Translations under genes and position numbers: made by a program
Notes under the pieces: generated by a model
The model's input: the letters and a program-made list of their open reading frames with translations, nothing else
Database searches by the model: none
Told to the model about the DNA's origin: nothing
Part shown: piece by piece, positions 1 to 11,504 of the stretch
Numbering within the stretch: the first letter of the stretch is position 1
How the letters are laid out: each line of letters opens with the position of its first letter
NCBI GenBank assembly: GCA_964188305.1
Contig: OZ076890.1
From: Podarcis bocagei
Taxonomy: Eukaryota
Length of the DNA stretch: 64,000 bases
Reading direction: 5' to 3' (one strand)

Positions 1-2867
1 ATAAATATTATTATATGAAAAAAAACCAAAGTAACTTGAAGTTAATCACATTACATGGAAGTTAAGAACCGAGCTATATAGGACAGTCACTGTGGGGATC
101 AGCAACCCTATGGCACCTTTGCCTCCCTGCAAGGATAACATTTGATAGTATTTACTATGTGCATCAAGATAATCAGGTAGTGAGCTATCCTGCCCCTCCC
201 CCTTCAATGGCCACCAATTACGTGGAGCAGAAGCAGGAAGATTCTCCTGATGGCCCTGGTTGATGCAGTGAGTACAGCTGAATCTAATAGCCACAGGAAA
301 TGAAAACCTTGCCACAGGATGCCAATCCCCTGGCAACAGCAATGTGTAATCTGGCTCCAAGACATAGTGTAATCCATTTTATCAACTATTTGCTTCTTGC
401 ACACAGGTGTTCTAAATACTGCAGATTTTAAAGAACCGATAAAATCCTCTTAGTTCACAGCAAACCTAAAAGTGCAGATACTCCACCCCTCTCACCTTTT
501 GCAAAAGCAAATGAAAATAACAGAAAACATACAATGCCCATTTTCATTTTCAGGGACCCTGTTGTATGTTCCATCCTCAAGAGAGATTGGTGCGTCCTAT
601 TTGTGGCACTCGCTCCCTAGTTTTAGGCAGGCTGTAAAAACTGTTTATACTGCCTGGTGTTCATTGGGTTTGAATTCCACTCTGATTTTGTTTTGGCCGC
701 TCCGTTTTTTAAAAAACAAACAAACCACCCAATAATAAATAATAATAGTAATAGCAACAACTGAAATCTTTGAGATGTTGTTGGTGTTGTCAATAATAAT
801 AAATAATTTTAGTAACAACAACATCCCAAAGATTTCAGTGCCTTTGAAACAATGGAGCCTTGAAGAATGAGGCATCATAGCAAGGAGTAAATGTCAACTT
901 GGAAGAAAAAAATACCGCTGCTGGATAACGTAAAGTGTCAAGTTATGGTCAATCTTACACTTGCGCATGCGTAGAAGAACAGTTGCAGTGGAGTAAATAA
1001 CCTGAATCGTGTCCCTAGATAACCCATTCCAACAGAATTCGTCCTCACATCCGCACCAGCAGGATCACAGCAACATGGTGCTCCCTTCACAAAACTTATG
1101 TTTGCCTCCCTGCAGCATGCTATGCACCCAATCAACCTCCATGCTGAGAGACCTTTTTGTCTCCTTCCTTCTTTTATTCAAACCCTGATTTGTCCTTCCC
1201 TTCCTTCCTCACACCATTAGTTTCTTGGGCTCCAGCTGCCTCTGAAAAAGACAGCTCTTCCCTTCACCCTATTGCTTGATGAGGATGTGTATGAATCACC
1301 CCTCCACCCACCGTATCAGCTGGGGGAATAGACACAGACTGCAACTGCTTTCCGTTTAACTGAACAGCACTTTTGAGTTTTCAGGGCTCATGGGAAGCGC
1401 ACTGAAACACAAGCAGTTACTGAAACTGAAGGAAGCCACAAAAAGGAGGAGGAGGAGCAAGCAGAATGGGGCATCAGGTCTCCAGGTTCAGAAGGAAGCC
1501 TAGGATGCATTCTTCAACTACCTGAACTCTGCTGAGCATAGCTGAGAAGAAAAGACCTTCTTCAAGAGTCTTAGCCTAGCCAAGCGCTCCCCAACCTTGT
1601 TCTATGCTGGATTAACAGTGTTTATCAAATACAGGCAACAACAGGGGTTACGTTCCTGCCTGCCCCCACACACATTGCTGAAGCGCACATAAGCCTGCTC
1701 CACTCTGTTATGCCCCCACCCTGCCCCCTTTTCCCAGGCACGCATGCGCAGTTGCGCGTCAATTGGAAGCGCACAAATCGTTGCCTGTAGATCTGGATTT
1801 TATAGATGAATATATGAATTTGTGGCCAACCCATTATGAGATGGCAACGTAGCAACTTGTAACTAACATCTCTTATTGACTCAGTTTACCAGCCACGGCA
1901 GACCAGCCCCCACAAAGTTACACACACTCTAAAGAACACCCATTTTTCTATTAGCAAGTTTGTGGGAAGGGAGAAGTAATAGGTTATCACATCTAAAGAG
2001 GTTTGGATACACTGAGGCGACAAACCCTCCAATCTTTTTGTTCATTGCACACTTACTGCTGCTGAAATCACTAGAAATTAGCAGGTACTTCTTCCATTCT
2101 AATGGTGGGAAGAATACAGCCAAAATCAAGAACAAATCACCCCCAATTTTAAAAGGTAATGGGCAGCTGTTGGGGCACTAGATTGGCTCCACCAGTATGG
2201 CCAGGCTGCGTTGGCGTCACCACTGCCCAGCTCCCACATCACCCTGGTAAGCAGCAAGCAGCAGTGCTGGCAGGAGTTCAGAACTACGGTGCTGCCACAC
2301 CAGCTGGCCCTGTTGATTCATGGCATAGTTTTATTCTTTACTGGTCTGATGGAAGTTGACAAGCCTATGAATGGAAAATTTGTGCACAGAACAGTTTGCT
2401 GATATGGAGGGAGAGGGCAGGCTTCTACTACACAATACAGATCACCACATTGCAGTGGCTTTCTGCAAAAAAAGCAACAACACACACACAATGTTAACGT
2501 TCACACTCTTCAAATAACTAAATGGAAGGTTTTCTGATTATATGACTTAGCTCAACCCTCCCATTACCTGTCTTCCTTTCTCCCTGCTTAAGACAACAGA
2601 GAAGCCACACTAAGACCGACGCAACTTTTAAGCTACACAAACGACGAGCTGCAGTTGACAAATGTTTACATGAAAGAAACTTGTTTTCACTTCTTGTCAA
2701 GGGAAACTTAGTGGGCGATATGCAACATTAGTCATATTCAGAGAAGACCCACTGACATCTACTGTTATCAAATGGTCTACTCTATGACTAATGTTGTATA
2801 TCACCCAGTAGGTATTGCTATGACTGTGCAGCAGCTTTTTGGAGCTGAATGCTTTAACATCTACGTA

Positions 2868-3092
2868 CAGTGGTACCTCGGATTAAGTACTTAATTCGTT
2901 CCGGAGGTCCGTTCTTAACCTGAAACTGTTCTTAACCTGAAGCACCACTTTAGCTAATGGGGCCTCCTGCTGCTGCCACACCACCGCCACAGTGTTCTGT
3001 TCTCATCCTGAAGCAAAGTTCTTAACCCGAGGTAATATTTCTGGGTTAGCGGAGCCTGTAACCAGAAGCGTATGTAACCCGAGGTACCACTG
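2868..3092. mobile_element. Tc1/mariner (Tigger/pogo-like) MITE, 225 bp
   Basis: TIRs cagtggtacctcgg...ccgaggtaccactg flanked by TA on both sides. Two further copies in the window. Confidence 0.9.
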
Positions 3093-3174
3093 TAATGGCA
3101 TCGCCATGTTTTGCTCTAAATGACTACAGGAGGCACACAGAAATTTCAAAAAGGCATATAAAAACTTTGCTTAC

Positions 3175-3358
3175 ATCTGTCATTGTCATTTTGCCCAGCA
3201 ATGGCATCTTCCAAAGTGACAGACTTAGGTTTCTTTTCATTATTTCCTTTCAAGTTTTCCCAGTCTGCTTGGTTGAATCTGCAGACCTCCGGGTCTTTGG
3301 TTGCTACGTGGCCTTCTCTCTCTTTCATCTCCAACTCTGAGAAGCGCATCATTGCACG
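3175..3358 (-). CDS. BCOR: BCOR coding exon 6 (184 nt; [28 protein letters not shown]...QNDNDR)
   Basis: Acceptor ttctctttctag|CGT and donor AGAT|gtaagc. The peptide matches [19 protein letters not shown] and overlaps ORF 3146..3352. Confidence 0.95.
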
Positions 3359-3741
3359 CTAGAAAGAGAATTGATATGGGGAAGAAAGACACCTCACAAT
3401 AAGAGCTACTTCATTTACCTTACCTTCTATGAAAAGTATTTCCAAAAGAAAATATCTGCTCAAACCCAAAGTTTTGAGATACACACAATTCTATATAAAG
3501 TTTTAAAATGCCATGCAAGGCATGTAGTATCTATGCACAAATGATATACAGTTCTTCCATATATAAAAGTAAATAACATTATATATATATATATATTTAT
3601 TTATTTATTTATATATGTGTATTAAAAAGCATTGTCTTTTGAGAGGTATAACAAAGAAACAAAACATAAACTGTACAATGAATAAAGACGACCATGGCCC
3701 ACAACTTCCCTTTGTGTACTTGGAAATGAAATTTTAACTCA

Positions 3742-3889
3742 NNNNNNNNNNNNNNNNNNNNNNNNNNNNNNNNNNNNNNNNNNNNNNNNNNNNNNNNNNN
3801 NNNNNNNNNNNNNNNNNNNNNNNNNNNNNNNNNNNNNNNNNNNNNNNNNNNNNNNNNNNNNNNNNNNNNNNNNNNNNNNNNNNNNNNNN
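3742..3889. other. Assembly gap (148 N)
   Basis: Run of n characters. Confidence 1.
3743..3796 (-). CDS. BCOR: Inferred position of BCOR exon 5 (54 nt in mammals), hidden in the assembly gap; sequence not observable
   Basis: Inference only. No match to the exon-5 peptide (MEGLQEDSILCLPAAYCE) was found in the readable part of 3359-4474. The minus strand leaving the gap reads nTGAGTT, a GTGAGT donor with its G masked. Confidence 0.5.
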
Positions 3890-4474
3890 TCATCCATTTT
3901 TATAAGCATCAACTAATTCTTTCTTTTTTTAACAACGCAAAACAATTTGGCTTAACTCATTCTTTCACAAATCTAAAAAATAACCTACAATACTTGCCAT
4001 CATTCAACGTCAAATTCACTACAGCTTCTATTCCTTTAAGCTACATTTCTGCTTGGTAAAGAAGTTGCATTAAACCGGCTAACATATGGCTGCTACTCCT
4101 TTTTAATCAAATGTCCTGTATGAAATAATCATCAGAACTTCTGCCTTTCCTTTGGTATTTCATAGTGCTAGCCAAACACAGGCAAGCTATAGCAAACTAC
4201 CTTTAAAAACAAACATGTCATGCATTCTTCAGCTTCCTTTCACTACTACATGTTATGCTTATGAGATTTAATTATTTGTTACACCAATTAACTACATATA
4301 TTTCTTATCTATTAACGCTCCAATACCCCTGGCTTCATAGCAGAACCCGATATACACAAGATTACCACTGCTAGTTAAGTTCAAGATAGACTTATAGAGT
4401 TGTACATATTTCATTCTCAACTGTGAACTGTGTTTTTTTAAAAACTGCTTTGGTAGTTAAGCCTCAGAACTCAC

Positions 4475-7273
4475 CTGCAGAGCCCGCTGTTCTCGACTAA
4501 GTTGGCTAGAATCTGCATACAGTTCTGTCGTAACACACTTGAATCGATCACCTACGTAACCAGCAGAGTTTGCGATTCTCTTTGCCAGGTTAGATGGCTT
4601 AGGTTTCAGGAATTTGCAATCATTAGGTTCCGTGCCCTCAGTTCCCTCTTTGGCGTATGCCTGACTGACTTCCATACTTGACTGCGTGTTTCCCATACAA
4701 AGCTGTTTAGCATCATCTGGCATTTTGCAAAAGGACATAGCTAGGCCATCGTTTCCGTGAGCAGCCTCCAAGAACACAGAGGAAGTGGGAACCGTTAACC
4801 TCTCCCTATTCTGGCTCAAGGAAAGGTCCTCTTTCCTTAAGTTGAACATCGATGGGTGTGGGCTCTGGGCTTGCTTGAAGTTATAAACTTCATGGAAATT
4901 GCTTCTCCCACAGTCTTCTCTCATCACAATGAAATCTCTGTGGGGGAAGCCTTGTTCTACCTTGTGCTTTGTGGGGTCGCTTGCTTGATTACTGCTTTCA
5001 ACAGGAAAGCTAGGTTTCGTCAGGTTCGTTTCACCTTTCACATCTTGCTCCTCTCTCGGTTCTGCAAACAGGTGCTTGTCACTTTTGGTAGTATTTTTAC
5101 CATGACTTGAACTTTGGTGCAATTTCACGTTTCTGTCTGCAGGTACTTCAAAATGTAGTTTTGTGCTGGTTTCCAGCATCTCAGGCAATCGGTTTCTCAA
5201 GGCAGGGTCTTCATAACGGAGCCGTTCATGCGATCTAGACCTCCTTTCTGATTTCTCATCTTTCAGCTCCAAAGCTGTATGGGGTAACAGCATTGGGTGT
5301 ACCATACCCATGCCCAAAGCATCCTGGTAGGTCATGAACTCACCTCGGCTGGTTGGCAGGCTGTATGGAATGGTAGGTTTGGGAGCTAGATGTCCAGGGA
5401 AAAGACTCCCATTGGGTAACAGAACAGGGTGAGGATATACAGGTCCTTTCCCATGTAGAGACAAAGGGCCTATAGCTAAGCCTTCTGGAACTGGATATGG
5501 GAGATAGCTTCTCGGATAGGGCAATGGTGGAGATCGGAACGCATCATTGGGAGGGAAAAATATGGAAGTTGGTGCAAGGGTGTTCTCATTTGCTTTGAAG
5601 ATAGGTTCTGGATTATTGCATTTAGCTGCCTTATTACTATGCTTTGAAGATGCTGCTGCTAAAGGTTGTCCTATGTGCTGTATGACAGATGCAGTGGTCT
5701 CTGCGGAGCTAGTTGTCTTAGGGCAATCGACACTGGCATTTGGAGCAGGAGAAGCAGATGCTGGGCGACCTCCGCTTGACACAGACCCTGAAATATTACT
5801 GACAACTGCTTCTGTACCCCCCATCCTAGGGCAAGAAGAACTCCGCTGCTGTGGCGTCACCCAGTCCAATGCTTTGTTTTTCAACTGCATGTTTTTACCA
5901 CCGTTATCTTCATTGGGACCAGGAACAACCCAGGAGGAAGGCGCCGTGCTGATTATTTCAGGTCTATAGACAGGGCAACCGCTTCCAGGAGAAATGGTTT
6001 CTTTTGGAAGATCACCTCCAGGTGAAACCAAGCCACTTCCGGCCCTGCTATGAACCAGCACAGTTGGCGCCATTTTCTTAACATGATCAGATTTGGTTGT
6101 CTCCATGTCAACAACTTTTGATGACAAATCCAATGGTTTGTCTATAATCTCTTTGGTAACAGTTTGTTGTTTTTCTAACAATGGAGGGGATCTGCTGTCC
6201 TTCCTGTCATGACCTGTTTTCCTTGCATGCACTGTAGGCTGCTGAGAGATTTCGCCTGTGTCGTGTGTTTTAGGAGCTTTCCCCCCGGAGACTCTTGGAG
6301 GAAACTCATTGCTTACATTCACGTATGGCTTTGGGAGTGTAACTGAAGAAGGAGACGTCGAAATCCTGGAAAAGTGTTTCTGAAACTCCGAGTAAGCGTC
6401 CCCAACCTGCGTCGGGAGGTGAACTCTAGGTGATGGTCTCGGTGAATGAGACAAGAGAACAGTGGGGTCTGTGGGCATATTACTAGCCGCTGGCTTTGCA
6501 GATGGGACTCTGGGAGGCTTGCTGTTCTGGATATGTGGATAGGCATGAGAGTCTACAGGAGTTCCAAGTCCAACTCCCATCTTCCAAGACAAGCTCTTTT
6601 CTGGACAGTGTCCTAGAGGGGGAATAGCTGGAGCTGCGGTTGCAGCAGAGATCCTCATTGGTGAAGCTAACGATGATGGAATGTGGGGAGCAACGTAATG
6701 AGAAGGTGGCAAGTATAAAAAACGTTCACCATTTGTACATACGGGCGAGTAGGTCAGATGCTGTGGCAAGCTGTAATTGGACTGCTGAGGTAGCAAGGCC
6801 TTATACATGTTCAACGAATACTTATTTGGTGATTCGAGAAAAGGATAAATAGCACCCTCCATGTAAGGATTTACCCAGGGTAGCCTTAGGTAACTAGCAC
6901 CATTGACATTGAGAGGACTCGGTTTGTCGCTTGAGCTTCTGTCCAAGCCTAAGGTCTCCCCAGTTGGAAGCGAACTTTTTTGTATTCCAGGTGGCGTTTT
7001 GTACATAGCACTGAAGCCATTTGGGGGTTTTCCAGCTGCATTTTCAATTGCTTCAGTGGGATTAGACTTGAACTGCATCTCTGGATTTCTTTCAGGAGCA
7101 AATCCAAGGCCAGCAATAGCACTTGTAGCGTCCCGGGGCTTGTCTGAGCCAAGTCCACATAAACTGGAATAGACAATACTGCTGGGGACTCTAAGCCCTT
7201 CCCGCATAAGTCCAGACCGGTCCATGCTCAGAGCTGCAAGGCTGTCAATGCGATGCACTGCCGTGGCATCCAC
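4475..7273 (-). CDS. BCOR: BCOR large coding exon 4 (2799 nt, 933 codons), containing the PLDLS motif (6122-6136) and the BCL6-binding peptide [17 protein letters not shown] (5915-5965)
   Basis: Core of the 949-aa ORF 4457..7306. Acceptor ctctctcttatttcacaaag|GTG GAT and donor CTG CAG|gtgagt, phase 0/0. Confidence 0.98.
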
Positions 7274-7790
7274 CTTTGTGAAATAAGAGAGAGGTGACTT
7301 TGGCATTTAGTCAAGTACTATTCAAGGCTACAGGTACTTAAAAAAAAACATTGCAGGAAACAAAAGGAAGCAAATACATTGTTTTCATTGTGAAAAACTA
7401 ATGTGGGCTGATTAAACTGATAAATGCAGAGGAATAAAGTAAATCAAATTTTAAAATTTTAGCCTGCTTCATTCTTCTGTCTGTGGAGTCTGAGACCTGC
7501 CAAGTTTGATTATTATTTTTTCAGTAAGATTAGTTTAATAGGTCTCTAGATCCTTTCATACTTAGCAAAACAGCTACTCAACCAACTATCCCATTAAAAA
7601 AAAACTGATTTCCAGAACCATGTGTGTACTCGCTTCCAACTAGGGACATTTCATAAGGTTTGCTTATGGAGGGGGGGGTCCCTCAGATGCAGTTATTTAT
7701 ATTCCAAAAATCATTTAAATCAAATAATGACACTGAGTCTTTTTTTACTTCTGTTACTCTGCTTATTGATAGCCAAAATAAGTGATATTT

Positions 7791-7882
7791 AGGCTGCAAT
7801 CCCATATATACTTACCTGGGAGAAAGTCCCATTGAACTCAATGGGGCTGACTTCCAAGTAGACACATATAGCATTGTGCTGT
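7791..7882. repeat. ~90-bp palindromic MITE-like repeat. Many decayed copies, e.g. near 15045, 21640, 25080, 33290, 33440, 34390, 35340, 35760, 39310, 39930, 54795, 62350
   Basis: Consensus-like ggctgcaatcc-N-cttacctgggag-aagtcccattgaactcaatggggct-acttcc(g/a)agtagac-N-ggattgc. Flanks are often TTA/TAA, which suggests PIF/Harbinger (inference). Confidence 0.75.
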
Positions 7883-8232
7883 TAATAACTTTCTCAGGCC
7901 AGCAGAGGAGCTAAACTGCTGCCTTTCCCAGCATCCTCATATGAACAAAGAGGAGCTTGCGGGAAAGGAGAAAGCAAGATCACGTCATGTAGATGTATTA
8001 CATGAGACCTCTGCGTATAGGGTGGTGTATAAGTTGGAAGAAGAAGAAGGAGGAGGAAGAGGAGGAGAAACAGAAACACTTGTCTCTCCTTTGTTCTAAA
8101 TGTTTGCTCCTACACTAGATGAGAGAAAGTAGGCTACCCAATTCTAGGAAGCAAAACACACTACAGTGAAAACAGGCAAAGGTGTAGGCTCCACAGTCCT
8201 TCTAAGCCCCAAGAAAAAACAACAGCCCTGGG

Positions 8233-8302
8233 CAGTGCTTTTTCCCGGGGGTACTCAGGGGTACGCAGCCCCAACACCTTTTTTTCTAGAATAAAAGCAT
8301 TG
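8233..8302. mobile_element. 70-bp miniature hAT element
   Basis: TIRs cagtgctttt...aaaagcattg with a perfect 8-bp TSD gccctggg (8225-8232 and 8303-8310). Confidence 0.8.
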
Positions 8303-8822
8303 GCCCTGGGGCACTTTCTCTCAAATCTCATTCCTAAGCACTCAGCCAGCCCCAAACTGCAGATTATACTAGTTCTAGTTCTTCCAATTTTATTATACTT
8401 ATATCCCACCATTCTTTCAAGGAGCCTGTGACATCCTTAGGATCATCTTTAGGTGGTTCCTCTCTAGACACTGAAACTATAGCAAAGGCTCACACACCCC
8501 ATTCTGTCCACCCAAGGCTACCAGCTGTCAGTCACTGAAATTTTCAGAAGGCTAACTGAAATATGCCAAGCGATGTTATTTAGAGCAATCATGACTTAGT
8601 GTGTTCATGATGTGCTATTAAGCATATGACAAAGTAAAAAATGCTTAAGACTCAGATACCAGAAATATATACAAAAGGATGCAACTGTAACCTGATATTT
8701 GAATGCCACCTCTGGTTATCAGCAACTTTCATTAGTCCCAAATAGTTATTTGAAACGGAAGCCATAGCACAAAAATCCAGTGAAAAACCTTTTGTCATCA
8801 AACGGAACTATCAGTTTCTTAC

Positions 8823-8901
8823 CACACTGTGGTTCAGGTGATTTTCTTCCCTTAATTCCAACCTGCTTTTCGAAGCATCTCCATCATTAACTGGGATTTT
8901 C
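8823..8901 (-). CDS. BCOR: BCOR coding exon 3 (79 nt; [R][26 protein letters not shown])
   Basis: Acceptor aaaatag|G and donor GTG|gtaaga. Phase 2/0 joins exon 2 to exon 4 in frame. Confidence 0.95.
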
Positions 8902-9180
8902 CTATTTTCAAGAGATATTTTTAAAAAGTGACTTACAGACACAACGTTAATGGTTTGACATTTTGATCTGACTGCAGTGTTTCTATTAAATTACCTTTAT
9001 CAATACATCAGTGCAGAAGAAAATTAACAGATTTGCCCTCTAATTGGGCTTTTTCTCTCTCTATAGAGTTCAGGGATGAAAAAATGTTTTTGGATTTTAT
9101 TTCCAGTTAAGGAGTTTTGCTAAAGCAATACGTGGTGGTAAATACTCTTTATTTAGAAACAAACAACCCTGTATAGTATC

Positions 9181-9183
<3 letters not shown>

Positions 9184-9262
<79 letters not shown>
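9184..9262. repeat. Compound (TA)n(CA)n microsatellite
   Basis: Direct inspection. Confidence 0.97.
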
Positions 9263-9267
<5 letters not shown>

Positions 9268-10588
9268 GAGACAGGAAAAACCCACACATTTCTAATATCA
9301 TACAAATGTCAGCTGTTCAATGCTGAAGAAGGAACCATACATCTGTGTGTTAGCAGCGTAGCAGCTCAGGGACTTGTTATCACAGAAAACACAGATAAAA
9401 GAATGCACCTCGGTGCCAACTTTCAAATCCCAGGGACACAATTGCTGACATACAGCAGAAGGGAAGTTTCATCATTACCCAGAAGGATATTTAAGTGGTG
9501 GCACTATCAATTTTTAAAGTAAAAGCAACACCCACATTTTTGCCCTGTTTCCAGCTATTATTGTTACAACCCACACCTACTAGAATAGCCACAGGATGCA
9601 ATTGGATAGAAACAGAACAATAGCATTTTGCTCATGTGCACCTCCTTCCTTTGACATTTGATAACAATATACACAGCCATGGCATTCCCCCTCAGTGTCT
9701 CGGAACTCATAATTTTCATGTGCTGTTTTCAAACTATCTGAGAAAGTTATTAAATGACCCGATGGTGTCCTGATTTTATTTTCTATAGGGCACAACTCTG
9801 ACCAAAAGTACTTGCAAACACAAGCAGTGTGCTTGCTTCATTTTAATAATTAGAAGTAAAAAATTATAGCGTTGTCCACTATTTTGTAAAGACTCTTTAA
9901 AAAACTGTATTTGGTGTGCTTTTACAAGGCCCCAATCCAGAGAAAGTTAGCCTTGCTTTGTCTCATTGCAGCGAATGTGGCTTAGATTAATCATGACTAA
10001 CTTGCCCCATTCATTTCAATGAAGAATGACGAATGGTTTCTGAACTGGGGCCAAACTCTGACCTTTGTGCTAGTTTGTGGAAAGTTATAGAAATATCTAA
10101 TTGCTGGGCAAATTATCTTAAGTTGCAGGCCACGTAATGTGCACCAATTAAAATTAAAAACCTGAATCCATGTTGTTCTTGTCTTTTTCACAAATATAAA
10201 ATAATAAACTTACAGGGACAACCTTAAGCACGCATGCCATGAAATAAGTTTCATTAAAAATCACAGATGTTTGCTTTCCGGTAAATACACTGAAGATTGG
10301 GAGAGAATGTATGTAATATATGTGAGGAAGAGGTGACTTTGGGAGCTAATCTTTTATAAGCCCCCTTCTGGTTTCCTGAGCAACACTGATTGTTAAAACA
10401 GTACACGAAGGGAGAGTCTGCGCCCATAACATCTCTCTTCTCCAACTCTTGTCTCATAAAAAAGCTCTCCATGAGTTATCTCCATGCAAGCTATTAAAAA
10501 AAGCTATACGCTAAGACAAATTAACGCTGAAACCCCCTTCTCCAGAAACACCACGTGGTTTAACTTTCCCGAAACTTAAAATATTTAC

Positions 10589-10674
10589 CTCTCTTCGTTA
10601 ATCCCACACATGCGGACTCTCTCATTGCTCATCCAGCTATGAACGTTGCCATACAGGGGAGTTGCAGAAAGCAT
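10589..10674 (-). CDS. BCOR: BCOR exon 2 coding part (86 nt, start codon; [28 protein letters not shown][R])
   Basis: gaagtcATGc start and donor GAG AG|gtaaat. Matches the BCOR N-terminus. Confidence 0.96.
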
Positions 10675-10719
10675 GACTTCACCTTAAAACAGAGGCTTTT
10701 CTTCACACGTGTGTATAAT
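10675..10719 (-). other. BCOR: BCOR exon 2 5'UTR part (45 nt with the upstream acceptor; alternative acceptor at 10682)
   Basis: Polypyrimidine tract cttcttttttttctttcccaccaattag|ATT. A second AG occurs at ctctgttttaag|GTG. Confidence 0.75.
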
Positions 10720-11299
10720 CTAATTGGTGGGAAAGAAAAAAAAGAAGTTGAGAAGATTGACCGGGGAGGAAGGGCAGACATCATAGTGGAATCACCGGTC
10801 TCCCTTGAGATAATTAACAAGGAATATAGGCTTGGTACAAGGTCGTGAGCAGCCAGAGTTAAAACACATGTAACAAAAAGTAGGAAGTTGAGGGAATGCA
10901 CTGGTCAGAAACGCTATAAATCGAACGTTGTGCGGGACGGGGGAAGAATGCTACTCCCATTGAGTTTAATTCGAAATAAAAACAATTACACACCCATCAG
11001 CAAAGCAGACCTTACTTGTAATGAAGCCAGAGATATTTGCTTGATACTCAAGCAAAATACATCTCAGGAATTCATGGTGCACACAGACAAGCAAATGAAA
11101 ACCAACTGGGACATTATAGTGTTTAGTTACCACACTACTGATTAAAATTGCTTAAGGTGGCATACAAAAAAATAAGAGACTTTTGCAAAAACAAAAACAC
11201 ACACACACAACAATATACCCATAAAACTTAGTAAGGAAACAGGACCAGCAAAAACCCACCCAAAAGAAAATGCTTTTGCATCCTATTGATTTCACAGAG

Positions 11300-11504
11300 T
11301 CTAGTGCATTGTTGTGGTGAGACTGTCTGAGTGGGAAACCTGGGTTCCAATCCCCACTTGGCCATGAAGCTCACTGAGTGACCTTGGGCACTCACTTTCT
11401 TATCTCACCCTAACCTATCTCACAGGGAGAGAGAGAACCATGCATATACCACCTTGAGCTCCTTGGGGGGAAAGGTAGGAAATAAATGCAATAAATAAAT
11501 AAAT
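11300..11504 (+). mobile_element. Decayed MIR/CORE-like tRNA-derived SINE; a minus-strand relative lies at ~17596-17756
   Basis: B-box-like ctgggttccaatcccc, core gtgaccttgggca, and an (aaat)n tail. Confidence 0.7.

Noticed and set aside
1-3174. BCOR exon 7 or later exons
   Set aside because: No matching peptide (e.g. DRKRK...KAKRRR) in any minus-strand frame I examined, so intron 6 probably extends past the window edge.
3609-3893. 94-aa ORF
   Set aside because: Artefact of the N gap.
4100-4474. Truncated BCOR isoform by intronic polyadenylation after exon 4
   Set aside because: An in-frame stop follows the donor, but I saw only weak ATTAAA-type signals in AT-rich DNA, as expected by chance.
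4457-7306. 949-aa ORF as a complete single-exon gene
   Set aside because: The N-terminal [11 protein letters not shown] and C-terminal VSSEA* are intron read-through. The true exon limits are 7273 and 4475.
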